A stretch of DNA of 64,000 bases from Raillietiella orientalis (taxonomy: Eukaryota), in assembly GCA_036172245.1 (NCBI GenBank), contig JAYWIR010000017.1:2356001-2420000 (forward strand), given 5' to 3'. Positions 38,521-49,560 of the stretch are shown piece after piece (positions within the stretch are counted from its first letter, which is position 1; every line of letters starts with the position of its first letter). A program made the position numbers and the translations under genes. The notes under the pieces are model-generated. The model saw only the letters and a program-made list of their open reading frames with translations. It searched no databases and was not told the DNA's origin.

Positions 38521-39160
38521 TCTTGTTGCAACCATGTTTCACCAGTTTCGCATCCAGACGTGTTTCCAGTAAGTTTGCTTTTACACCAAGAATAACCTTA
38601 AGGCAGCAGGCAAGAGTTGAAAGTTTCTTGCCTAGGCAAGCACTAGGTAAGAGTTCGAGTACCAGTTGATGCAAATATCTCGTAGAGGAGGATTTCTGTA
38701 GGTAGAATTTCAGTAGATGAGGGAAGTGGCGGTTGGAGTTTCCTATCCACGGAGAGTGAAAAGGTAAGCACCGATAAGAAGATCAAATTAATGAGGTGAA
38801 GATGGCCACTTGGTCATCATCATCTCATGAATACAACTAAACAGATGCCACGTGAGCACGATAATAAAAGGCGAGAATAAATGTGCGAAAGGATACCTGA
38901 ATCGAAGAACAGACGCGGATGTAGTAAACATGTTCGAAAAGTAACTTCATCTTCCATCGAGAGCGACGAAGGATTTTGGGGTGAAAAGTGAAAAGACTGA
39001 AAGACACCGGAAATCCTCGAATCTTCTACTGAAACTTCTACTTTACGTTCGAAAACTACTCATTGGGTACTCGAGAGTCGTTTGATTGGAAGCGGTGTGC
39101 TCTCGGGGCACGTTCAGCTTTGCATGACTAAGCCGTTCTTACGATCGACCTGAATGCCTT

Positions 39161-39191
39161 GGAAAAAATGACCTTACAGGTCATTTTTTCC
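39161..39191. repeat. Perfect inverted repeat (14-bp stem, 3-nt loop)
   Basis: GGAAAAAATGACCT-tac-AGGTCATTTTTTCC. Confidence 0.95.
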
Positions 39192-39878
39192 CTTAAACGA
39201 ATTCTCTTGAGAAGTTAAGCAGCGACAAGGAGGGCAACCATATGCATTCCGTGAACCGGTTTTGCCTGGAAGCTTCGAGCCCCGGTGGTCCCTCAGAAGT
39301 TTCTCTCCCATCCAAACTCTTGTGAGCAAAATGCTGCCAAAAAGGTGAGCGAACGGATGAAGAGTGAAGCTCCAGCCGTGTCCTCTCCCCCTATTCTTTC
39401 CCTCAGCTCCAGGCTTTTTTGGCGAATCCTTTGACAGGCTTAGGTAGGTGAGCGCTAACGGCTGCCACACTGACGCGCAGGTCAGATGAAATCAGGAAAA
39501 GGTGAATTCTTGTAGGTTTCGCCTCGAAATTGTTTGCCATCCGCTGCTAGCAGCTGGAGGCAGCGGCAGAGTATGATCTCATTCGTGGTTTCCCAATTCT
39601 GAAGGGTGATCGTAACACGGGAGCGCTCTCTTCAAATGGACCACTTCCTCTTGTATCTAAACAGACTTGTTGCTGTACACATTCAGCTGTAGGCTGCGAT
39701 TTTTTTTTTTTTTGCTTTCCAAGAAAATTCGTTTAGAGGAAATAACCTGTAAGGTCTCCTGAGATGACTAGCCAAGACATAGAGGTCGATCGTGACAATC
39801 ACTTCGTCATGCTCACCTAAACGTGCCCCGAGAGCTCACCACTCCCAAACGAACGAGTCTCGAGTACCCAATGAGCGG

Positions 39879-42244
39879 ATCTCTTCTCCTTCTTAAGAAA
39901 AAAAGGGCTGGTAGCGACCTCACGGGAAGTCGTTCCTATCGACCTAGGATGACGGACATCCTTTTGGGTTCTTTTGCTTTCCTTCCAGTTTGGAAACGGT
40001 GGTGAAGAACCGTTCGTCTTCCTAGAGGGGGGGAGGGCGGAGTGGAGGAAGGCTCACGAAACTCTTATTGACCGCTGTCCACGCCATCCGAGGGTGCGTG
40101 TGGCTTTTCAAGAGTCAGGGATCAGCCCAGAGGGAGCACCCTATGAATCCAGGAGGGCCAAAGAGGAGAAAGGAGTCCGTTCCTCTCACATGCTTGGGAA
40201 GGAATCCCGAAGGGGATCCGGAAAAGATCCTCTCCTGGTTTCCTCCTCTGAAGAGAACCCCGAAGGGACGATCCCCGATTTCTCTGAAGGATCGCTCCCC
40301 GAAGGGAGCAGAGCACTTCTTGAAGCTCTGGAAATGCAATCCCCGAGAGGGGTATCAATCGGCTCCATGGTAACGACTCCATTTTCGCAACCTGAGCGAA
40401 CCTCGAAAGGAAGCGCCTCCTTGTTTCCTGGAGGAACCCCGGAGGGTCGACTTCTAATCCCTGCCAGTACATGAGGGCATCCGGTTTCCGGATTCCATCA
40501 CTGCTGCATCAGAAAAGTCTTCAGAAAGCACTGCAGGCGTTCGGTCCGTTCCAAAGAGTCACGCTTTACCTGCCGGAACGGGCCGCGGTGTGGAAGACGT
40601 AGTCTCCCTCCTCCTCCCTCTGCTTTTTTTTTCTCCCGCCATGCAGCATCAGAAATCTGACGAAAGACCTCCTCCGGATCACCCTTTTGGGGTAAAGAGA
40701 GGCCCCGAGTCCGCCTGAAGGACTTGTGCGCTTCACGCCCGGATGGTGGCCTTAGCCTCCTTCTGAAGATGGAGCGAATGGAGCTACAGCTCCCGTTTCG
40801 GACACTCGCCAGCCTGAAGTTGTGGAGCACCACCTGGTGCGAACCTGCACGCCTCCTCGTCCAGCAAGCCACCGGTATCCTGGAACTCGCGTCTTTCTGG
40901 GCACGCCGTCCACGCAGCCTCATCCACTGAGGACTGCACCTTTGGCAGAAGATCAATGGTCAATGATCAGGAACAATGGGTAGATCTCGTGTCACTACGC
41001 GAACGGTGGTACCTGGTTGCACGGAACCGTTCTCACGTGGGCAGGGATCCAGGAGCCAAGCGCGGAATAGGTGCGACGTTTTCTGTCAACTTAACAGTCT
41101 GGGGAGATCCTGGAAGATCCTGGAAGTGTATGTGGGCAAGAACCTCCCTTGCCGCCGCGCTGTCCTCACTTTAGGAACACATGGGCAGCAGCCTCGCAGC
41201 TGAATAAGAGGTTATTATGGAAAGTCTCCAGAAGGAGAAGAGAACTGAACGAGTGGACGACGGGCCAGCTCACCGACGCTGCTACCCCGAGTGCTCGGTC
41301 TCATGAACTTTTGCGCTGGGGCTGCTACCGGGTATTCCGGAAAAAGAGCTGCAGTGACCTCTGGTGCTCATGAACACCCGCACCCTCCCCTTGAAGTGTC
41401 AGGAATCGGCATTGATGCATCTGCACCGGGACCTCCCGTACAACACCCGTCGGCATCCGTGTACACAGGTGTGTGTGGACCCAAACTGTGCAAGGCATGG
41501 GGGTGGGAATCCCTCCCGCACCTCCTAGAGGACTGTGTTGCCCTCCGGTCTCTTTCAGGACTCTTTGCTGCGGCCCTTGGAACCCTCGGTGGCAACTCCA
41601 GAGACGTTTGGGAGACAAACAAAAAGAAAAAATAAAACAAAAAAAATCCAGTCAAAAAACAGGAGTTCGGGAAGGGATCACTATGTGCTGGAGGGTGTCC
41701 TCTGCATCCTTATAAGGATGCTGGCAAGTTCCTGTTTCAAGACTCCCAGATGGGGCCATCTTGACGCTGTCCTCATGAAGAGGACAGCAAGGTAGGTGTC
41801 CCTATCGTCCTGGTCTCTTCCGGCATTGCTCAATGCAGCCAGATCTCGCGTAGGCAGCAAAGTGCTGCTAGGGATGCGGCCAGCGTGAGGGCGCTGCACA
41901 GGAAGAGGCACTATACTTCCCCTGTGCTGTCGAGGCGAACCCCTCTAGCCTGCATGCCAGTTCCCGGCAGGTTCCTTCTTGTAGTTATAAGTAACGTGGC
42001 AGGACCAAACGTCCTGCCACAGACATGGATGTTTTGTTTTTCTATAAATAAACGCCCTGGCGTGACCGGGTGTCAACCAGGACAGCACGCGAACAGGCCG
42101 AGCAGCGCCATCTTGCAGGGGTGGAATTGAAACCCAGGACGCACCCATTCTCGGGGTGGGTCACCTTACGCACATTCGAACCCGCAACGCGTGGTACCAC
42201 GGGGGCGAAGACTGCATCCCCACACGTCCGCCGATGCGAACCTC
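39879..42244 (-). mobile_element. tRNA-headed SINE-like element, copy 2 (interrupted by a LINE)
   Basis: Head at ~42232-42070 with B-box-like GGTTCGAATGT. The body resumes at ~40491-39879. Flanked by GAGCGG (39873-78) and GAGTGG (42245-50), a candidate TSD at a site that is empty in the left IR arm. A T7 tract lies near the 3' end. Confidence 0.75.
40492..42065 (+). mobile_element. L1/Tx1-like 5'-truncated copy (thumb, zinc knuckle, 3' UTR)
   Basis: FWGKERPRVRLKDLCASRPDGGLSL, LHRDLPYNTRR..DPNC and ESLPHLLEDC, with AATAAA at the 3' end. Nucleotide similarity to 60435-61550 and 58140-58800. Possible CCGG TSD at 40488-91 and 42066-69. Confidence 0.82.
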
Positions 42245-42719
42245 GAGTGGTTTCCGAATGTCAAGGAAGTGACCTTTCCGTGGTGCCAATACGCCGGCAA
42301 ATCCAAACGACCAGAAGTTTCGGTAGAAGATTCAGGGAAGTCTAGTGTTTTCCATCTGAAAACAACAGACTTTTCATCCCAGAATCCTTCCTGGCTCTCG
42401 ATGGAAGATGAACTTACTTTTCGAACGTGTTTTACTACATCCACATCTGTTCTTCGATTCAGGTATCCTTTCGCATACGTCACCATTTATGCTCGCATTT
42501 TATTCGTGTGCTCATGTGGCATCCGCTTCCTTGTATGCATGAGATGATGATGGCCTTCCGAATGAGTCTTGAGTCGGAAATTTTTCCTAACGCGCCTTTT
42601 CAATTCACGTCGGGATCAGCGCGTCTTTCGATCACTTCTCGAATTTCAGTTCCTCGATTTCCTTCTATTATTCGTTCATCGTTCATCTTAGAGCAACTTC
42701 ACAATGCGAGATAACGTGG

Positions 42720-43760
42720 GTCTTCGTCATCGTCAAAGAAAGGAGATTTTCGACTCATTGCGGTCGGTGCAGTAGCAAGAGGAGCGCCTCGTCTCCTACC
42801 AGCAGCCTAGCATGTCTTGTCAGGATCCACGGGTCATTTGGCTCGTACGTATACGCTGCCAGTGTCCCGTGTGGATAGGCCACAAGAAGGAACATCACTC
42901 AGAAGGGCAGCGTTGGGCCTGTGCTCTCGATTGGATGCCTTCTAGATGAAGACGAGTTCTGCGCAGCACCATCTCGCGTTCTGCGGGACGCCGCACAAAA
43001 AAAAGTCCGATGAATGGCGCCACCGACGGGAGCTCTGCACGTCTTGCCACGCCCGGGGCGTCAACAGAGCGTCCTTAGTCCACGTAGTTCTGAGAAAAAA
43101 TCAGGATGGGGAAAGGATAGCGTCACGCTCCCTCTCGATGGTACTTTTGAGAGATGATTCTGCTTTCTTGATGGAGCAGTGCATTCCGTTAAACCTGAGG
43201 AGCATATGAGGATCTCCAGATTGACCTGAGGGCATCACCCGCTTTCAGATGATATCGAGCAAAACAGCCGTTCAGAACGAAGGCGGCCGTTCTTGTTTAT
43301 CTTCGCCAGGTGCCATGCTTCATCCCAGTCGTCAATTAGCCGACTTCTTGGTCTCTTCAGCTCCTCTGCTTTTTCTTCGGAAGAAGAAGCAGACGGGATG
43401 AAAATAAAGCGTCACTGCGGGAAAGCGCGATCGCGGCTTTATTCAAAGGATTCATGGCCACCTCCACAAAGTTTCTGAGAAGACCCAAGGTAGCGGCGGG
43501 TAAAAAAAGGAAAAGGAAAAGAATGCAAGATGATTTATGAAGAGAAGGAATATCGTCCTCCAAGGCAAAACATGGAGAGCGGAGATCCACAACGTGGAAA
43601 GGCAGTCAAATAAAACAGGAAAGTGAAAGGCCTTTCATCTGCGGCGGATCCACAGAGCTGAAGAGATTGCAATCCAAGGTCTGGTTCCAGGAAGCTGGAG
43701 CGAGTGCTTACTGTTGATTTGGGACCGATGGTGGTGCAAAAGTGAAGAGGGTTTGCCCGT
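42720..43760 (-). mobile_element. Decayed L1-like RT
   Basis: Collinear LLLLPKKK, HLAKINKNGRL, FLCGVPQN..LVFI, LVAYPHG and NESK. Confidence 0.55.
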
Positions 43761-43763
43761 GTA

Positions 43764-44620
43764 GGAGACAGTGTGGCTGCTGAGGTCTTAGCGCGTGGCA
43801 CCACCAGGCGTCGCGGGTTTGAATACTCTGCAAGAATCGACGCCGGAAGATGGGGGGCTGTCGTGGGTTCCGAGTTCCTCCTGCAAAGATGACGCTGGCT
43901 GGTCTACGTTCATCCGGGTGCGGCACTGGTAGCGGTTCAAATCGGATGCTCTCGACGTGGGCCAGGACAATGGGAGTCGACCTTCGGGTCCTTCCAGGAA
44001 TCAAGGGGTTGAGAATTCTCCCTCCCGTTGTCCAAAGGAGCTGACCTCCTCCTTCGAGGGGGACCCTCCGTGGAGGAGGTCTGTCGCCACCTCTACAGAG
44101 AATGCAAGAAAGCGAGCCGATCCCCCCGGAAAAGCAGCACCCTTCTGGGTTTCGGAAGCGTCCCTTCGGGTTCTCTTCAGAGGAGAGGAAACAGAGCGGC
44201 TGCCTCGCGGGATCCCTCCGGAGAAGACATTTCTGATAGTGGATGCTTTCCGGGTTCCCTTCGGAGAAGAAAAAATGGAGCCGACCCCTCCGGAGTCCCT
44301 TCAGAGAGAATAAGGAAGATTCCCTTAGGAGACAAACATGGTGGAGTTGATCTCCATTCCGGGGATCATCCCCTCCCTAAGCGTGAGAGAGGAGCGTACA
44401 TTGATTCCTTCCTGGATTTCTAGGACGGTCCCTTCCCGGGGTATTCCTTGTAACTACAAGGGTCACACGCACCCTCGGGTGACGTGAAACAGCATCAAAG
44501 AGCTGCGTGAGCCGCCGCCAGAGGCGCGATGGCTCTTGAGGTACTCAGCGAACCAAAAAAAAAAAACACACACTGAAGGGAAATCAGCGAAGACAGAAAA
44601 GAAGGATTTCCATCATCCCA
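43764..44620 (+). mobile_element. tRNA-headed SINE-like element, copy 3
   Basis: A-box-like TGGCTGCTGAGG, B-box-like GGTTTGAATAC and the same subrepeats. CACACGCACCCTCGG and GGAT(T/G)TCC(A/G)TCATCC are shared with copy 2. Confidence 0.72.
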
Positions 44621-45849
44621 TCCATAAGCACTGATGAAAGCGAGAGGTGTGCATCTTGGATTATCTCTCTACTTCTACCTTGCAAGATGCGCTGGATTTT
44701 TCGATCCTCCGGCAGCAGGCTCCCGTCTGGAAGTGGCCGAGCACGGCCGTAGGGTAGATCCTTTCAAGTCGCCCAGCTTTCTCTTCGAGCGAAGAGGGTG
44801 GAAGACAGCGCTTCGTCCCGGGTGAATTGATTCTCCAGGGAAAGCAGCTCAGATGAGAGCGTCCCTAGTCCGGGAGGACATCGCTCTCGCTCTCTGGTGC
44901 CGAACGTCTCACGAGTGGACCACAAACACCTCCAGGCCAACGTTTTGTCAGCGCTCACAAGGCTTACGTACGCAGAGATGCCAAACGTTGTACAGCAAAG
45001 CGTAATGTAATGCATAAAGGCGGAAGACCTTGCACGAGAAAGTGTTGCGCGGGTTTACAAAGATAAGAGCGTGTGTTTGCCTGTGCGTATAAAACTCAGT
45101 GGATCTGTGTACAAAGATCTAAAGTAGTCGTCACGTAGTCAACTCGATATGGTTGCAGATGTGGATGTAGGATCTCGTTTCATGCAAAGAAGGGATTCAT
45201 GCTTGCTGGTGTTTAAGGTATGAGGCGTTGAGTTGCGACGCGCATTTATGGAGATGGAATGGCAAGAACTTGCGTAAGACTTCGCGGCATGTCTATGGAA
45301 AATGTATATGATGTATAAATAGATAGAGAAATGCAATGCACCCTTGGCTGAGATGTGAGGCGCATTCTTGGAAAACAAATGTATGATTCCATCACACACG
45401 CAGTATACTGCGTGACAACCAATCACAAGCACAATAAGCTCAGGTGCGTACATTCATAAAAAGTAAAGCGTTTACATGAAATTGTACGCACAGAAATATG
45501 TAAAGTATGAGTGTTTCACGAGTATAAAAATTTTATATGGTTTGCATTCCGCTGCACCGCGCCATATGGACCTGAAGCTCAATGTAAGGAACCTTCTGGA
45601 GCACGAAACAAAGTTTTAGAATCAGCCTGTTTCATGGAAACACGTGCGGAAATACATCTGAACCTATGAACCACTCCTCTTTGTTCAAAACGCAGAAACC
45701 TTCGATCTTTCATCTCTTCCTCCCTTCCTTCTCCTCCCTTCCTCCTCTGTGTGGTTGAGCATCCTGCCTCCTATTGTATGAGTTTGCACGTCATGCTGGT
45801 GAACAAACAGGAGAGCTGGTGATGGCGGTCAGCAGAGTCATACCGTGAA

Positions 45850-46490
45850 ATACGCTTGCGTTGAACATCGGTTGGCCCTGGCTGTTTCGGAACACCGAAA
45901 ATTGCCTTTCAAAGTGCTGATTCCGAAAACCCCTATTCCGGGCACCACGGGATCTTCTGCGATGATCTTTCGCTATCCCGTGTTTCCTTTCCTCTGCTGC
46001 AAATTCTGTGCTCGGGACTCAAAGGGCTCATCAGCGGAACCTTCCGTTTGGGAAGATCCATGCCACAGCAAAACCAAATATCAGCCTCACCGAGGAAACA
46101 GAAAATGCCCCCACAGGCGACGCGAGCATCAGGCTCTCCTGCAAGCTCATGGTTTTTCCACGTGGTCAAACGGGGATGAATTGTGACTCTTTTGAAAGAA
46201 TTGTGTGGCGGGCATTCGGGCGAATCTTTCAGGACGGGGGATTCCCCTCTTACAGCACTTTCAGCATGCTGTTGCCTTGGAAAACGGTCGAAAGTTCTCC
46301 TTCCGCGAGGGAACCGCGGCAAAGCGCGTGCGGCCACAGAGATCTGGAATTCTCGGCTCTCATCTCCCGCCCGCGTTTCCGCCTCCCAGCTCTTGAAATT
46401 CAATGGATCTGGAGATTCGGTGTGCTCATGACATCACTTGGATTCTTCTGGCGTCGTGGCTCGTCCGAATTACTTATCGGATGAGGATAA
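45850..46490 (+). mobile_element. Decayed L1-like RT domains 1-4
   Basis: KVLIPK...YPVFPFLCCK, DSFERIVWRAFGRIFQDGGFP (kafDrv.W.fl...l...GFP) and ENG..F / REPRQS. Confidence 0.7.
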
Positions 46491-47099
46491 TACCTGTGTT
46501 CACTAATGTGTGTGCACTTTGGACACATGAGCATACACATGAGCATATACATTCTTTTTAATACAAAAATCAGTCGTAATTCGCGTGCAGCATTTTTTTT
46601 CTTTCTTTCTAAATGCAATAGCAGATAAGTTGATTGATTTGGTGCCGACTACCCATGACAAACAAGTCCAGAGTTTGAGGGATTTTGTTTCTGATAATCA
46701 ATCCTCGCGTTCAAATTTAACACTTTCGTGATTTTAGAGGCTTGCTCACTTTCACGCAAAATTTCCCACCGTGATCTAATGAAAACAGGTCAGCGAACCA
46801 TGGACCATGGAAACAGCTGCACAGCAGCTACGCCAATAAAACCGCTGAAGAACATTCTTCCCGAGTGACGGCGACGAAAAGTTGATTTGGCGCACTCAGT
46901 TTTTCCATGAGGGAGCGCGCGATCCCCTTCCCGAAATTGGTGCTCTCATGAGCAAAATAGGTGAAAGGATCCTTCATTCTTAGCGGAATTCAACCGGATG
47001 TTCGCAGACATCGTCTTGAAGTTGCACCTGGATGCTGGTCTTGCTAGCTGATGTCTCGTGGAAACATCGAATTTTCTATCTTTCCATGATTTCAGGCAT

Positions 47100-49560
47100 C
47101 CCACTCCATCATTGCTCATCGCATTTTTTTTTATTGTTATTTACTGTGGCTCGACGATCATTCCCTTTGATTCCCACAGAATGGAAATGCACGACACTGA
47201 GCAAACACCTGTTCCAGGCCGTCATCACAGGGAGGTCCCGGCTGTGGAGTTGTGCACTTTCCAAAGTTTGCGCTTTCAGTCCACGAGACGCGGTTGTCAG
47301 ATATTCCTTTTTTTTTTTTGTTGTTTTGGAAATCCCTCCCGTGTGTACGCTCGAAACCTTCCCAGACGGATGTTGTAGAGTTCTTCTTACCATCGCCTCT
47401 TCAAATTCCGTCCGAGTCCTCTAACCAGCCATTAATTTCCATAGCAATCTGCCTTCCTTTTCTTTCCCTTGCAGCCCTCCTAAGAAATGTGTCAGATCAT
47501 TAGGTAATTAATCTCATCAACGAAGCTGCTCTCCTTTCAGCCTGGAGAGTTTTCGCACTGATAAATAACATCATTAAAAAGCAATCGACTATTCGGAACT
47601 TCTATTTTAGAGATTATCTGCCTTTTTTACAATGCCATTTTTCACAGCAACTTAGCCGAACCAAAGAGCTAAGACATATATTATTGTTATCTTCAGTGTA
47701 TGAACCTACACAGACCTTCAAGTGTGAGCATCTCCAGAGTAATTTACTACATGTAGCACGACTGCACATCCATCTGGACCGAGTCTTTCCCAGAATCGGT
47801 GGATATACACTTTCGTTGGCTAGAACGAGCGTGAGCTAGGGGAAAACGTTGCGAAATACTTTCTAATTCCCCATGTCTTGTAGGATGCTGATGGGCGAAT
47901 TTGATGTTTGGAAGCGCTTTTTCTTGAATAACTGGCTCGTAAACGAAACACAGCCGGGGTTTCGTGACACACCCATAAGAATGTATCCCGCCAAATGAGC
48001 ATGCTGGGGATTTTGAGGCTACCTAAATAAGAAAGCTGGAATCGTCAGCAGCTCATCCACCTTGAGTGCTCTTAAGAACGTGCGATGGGAGCCTTCCAAT
48101 TTCGCCAACCGACACACCGAGGGACGCACTTTAGCAAAAACGCTCTGCACCACAGCGAAATAGGTTGCAGTACTGTCTATCTCGAGTTATGGAATTATGA
48201 CGCAGTGTCCTGAATAGGGTCTGGTGGAGCACTATTCCTGAAGGTGGTACCTATTTGCTCTTTCTTCTCTCCTTTGTAGCTGGTCCTTTACTGCGGTATG
48301 CGAGAGGATGATCTTCTCAACTCCTCGATCCACGTTAGGGCAATGTACTGATCCCTCCTGGAATTTCTCCGTGTGCAGAAGGTCACTTTCGATCCTGATG
48401 CCTATTTCTACTGACTGTAAAGTGCAATGACAGTTACGAGCTAACAGCATTTCCTCCTCTTGGGGAACCGAAAACAATTCCGAATGCTGTGGAATTTGCT
48501 GATCTGAAATAATGATGAAAAATCTCGGTATAAAATGTTCCTCTGAACTGAATCCGCGGCATCAAACACGTGAACATAATGGTACGGTAGTTTTTCTCCA
48601 TCACAATGACTCTGACCTGAGATTCATTTTCCGTAGTCCAATAGAACTGATCAAACAACATGGAGTGTGGTCCAGAGGAAGCGCAAAGAGTTTTTAGGAT
48701 ATTTCGATAGCGGGTTTGTGTTCAATAACGACGAGGATGCGCAGACACATGTAATTGCTCACGTGAGTAGTGTGTTCAAACAGCACGCCAAATCAGTTCG
48801 GATGGACACACTCTGTCGCAGTCTTTCGTCCTCAGTTTGAGCATCTCGTTTTCAGTGCCCTGCCTATGTACTGATATCGACTTAAAGTTGCCTGCGTTTC
48901 TCATGATCTGCAAACTGGAAAGAAAACTCATCATTGCTCAACATCACTGTTCATCAGCTACTTCTAAATGAGGAAAGAAAAAATTGGCACTCGGATGTAG
49001 AGAAAACATGCAAGAAATGATCCAACAGTTCTTGAATCCAGTCCAATGGAACTCTTGAGGATGGGGGAATTCATCTTTTTAGCAGTCTTTCTAAAATTAA
49101 GGATCTGTGTCCGTCCGCATGGCCTGACTTGGTAGAATGCATGTGGCCATCGAGTTAGTCGATCGCCAGTTTAAGAACTGGGGGGGGTAGTTCCGCTCAC
49201 TTCACCACTTCATGCGCACACTCTTGCATAATTGTGGTGTAACCCTGGTTCATCACAATGTGAGATCCAAGAAGTCTGGCAAGCAGCTTCTGCATTCCCA
49301 GAGAAACATCAGAAATCGCTTCTCCACAAGTCACCGGAAAAAGGCAGGTGTGGATTATTCCTGAACAACTCCGAGCGTCCTTACTCCTAATCCGCATCTA
49401 CTTTGCGTCTTTTCCCGATGTTCGATGCCATCATTTTGGATCTCAATTATGCCGGCAGTCTCTCCATTTGTCCCTTTTCTGTTTCCATCCAGTCTCTAGA
49501 CTCTGGATCCTCGTGTGGACTGCTCGAGCGAAATTCCTCTTGAGGCGTCTCTGAAAATGA
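47100..49560 (-). mobile_element. Decayed L1-like ORF2 (linker to zinc knuckle)
   Basis: Collinear IRSKDARSCSGIIHTCLF, PQEF..FKNCWII, AGNFKSISV, QVRVIVME, DTFLW and PPCDDGLEQVFAQC. Confidence 0.5.

Larger units (their letters stand above)
38812..42555. repeat. Long inverted repeat (~400-bp arms, ~500-bp spacer) with the right arm split by nested insertions
   Basis: Left arm 38812-39213 matches the reverse complement of 42245-42555 plus 39714-39875. Shared stretches include GCGAAAGGATACCTGAATCGAAGAACAGA, TTCATCTTCCATCGAGAGC, CTCATTGGGTACTCGAGA and GCTCTCGGGGCACGTT. Confidence 0.88.
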
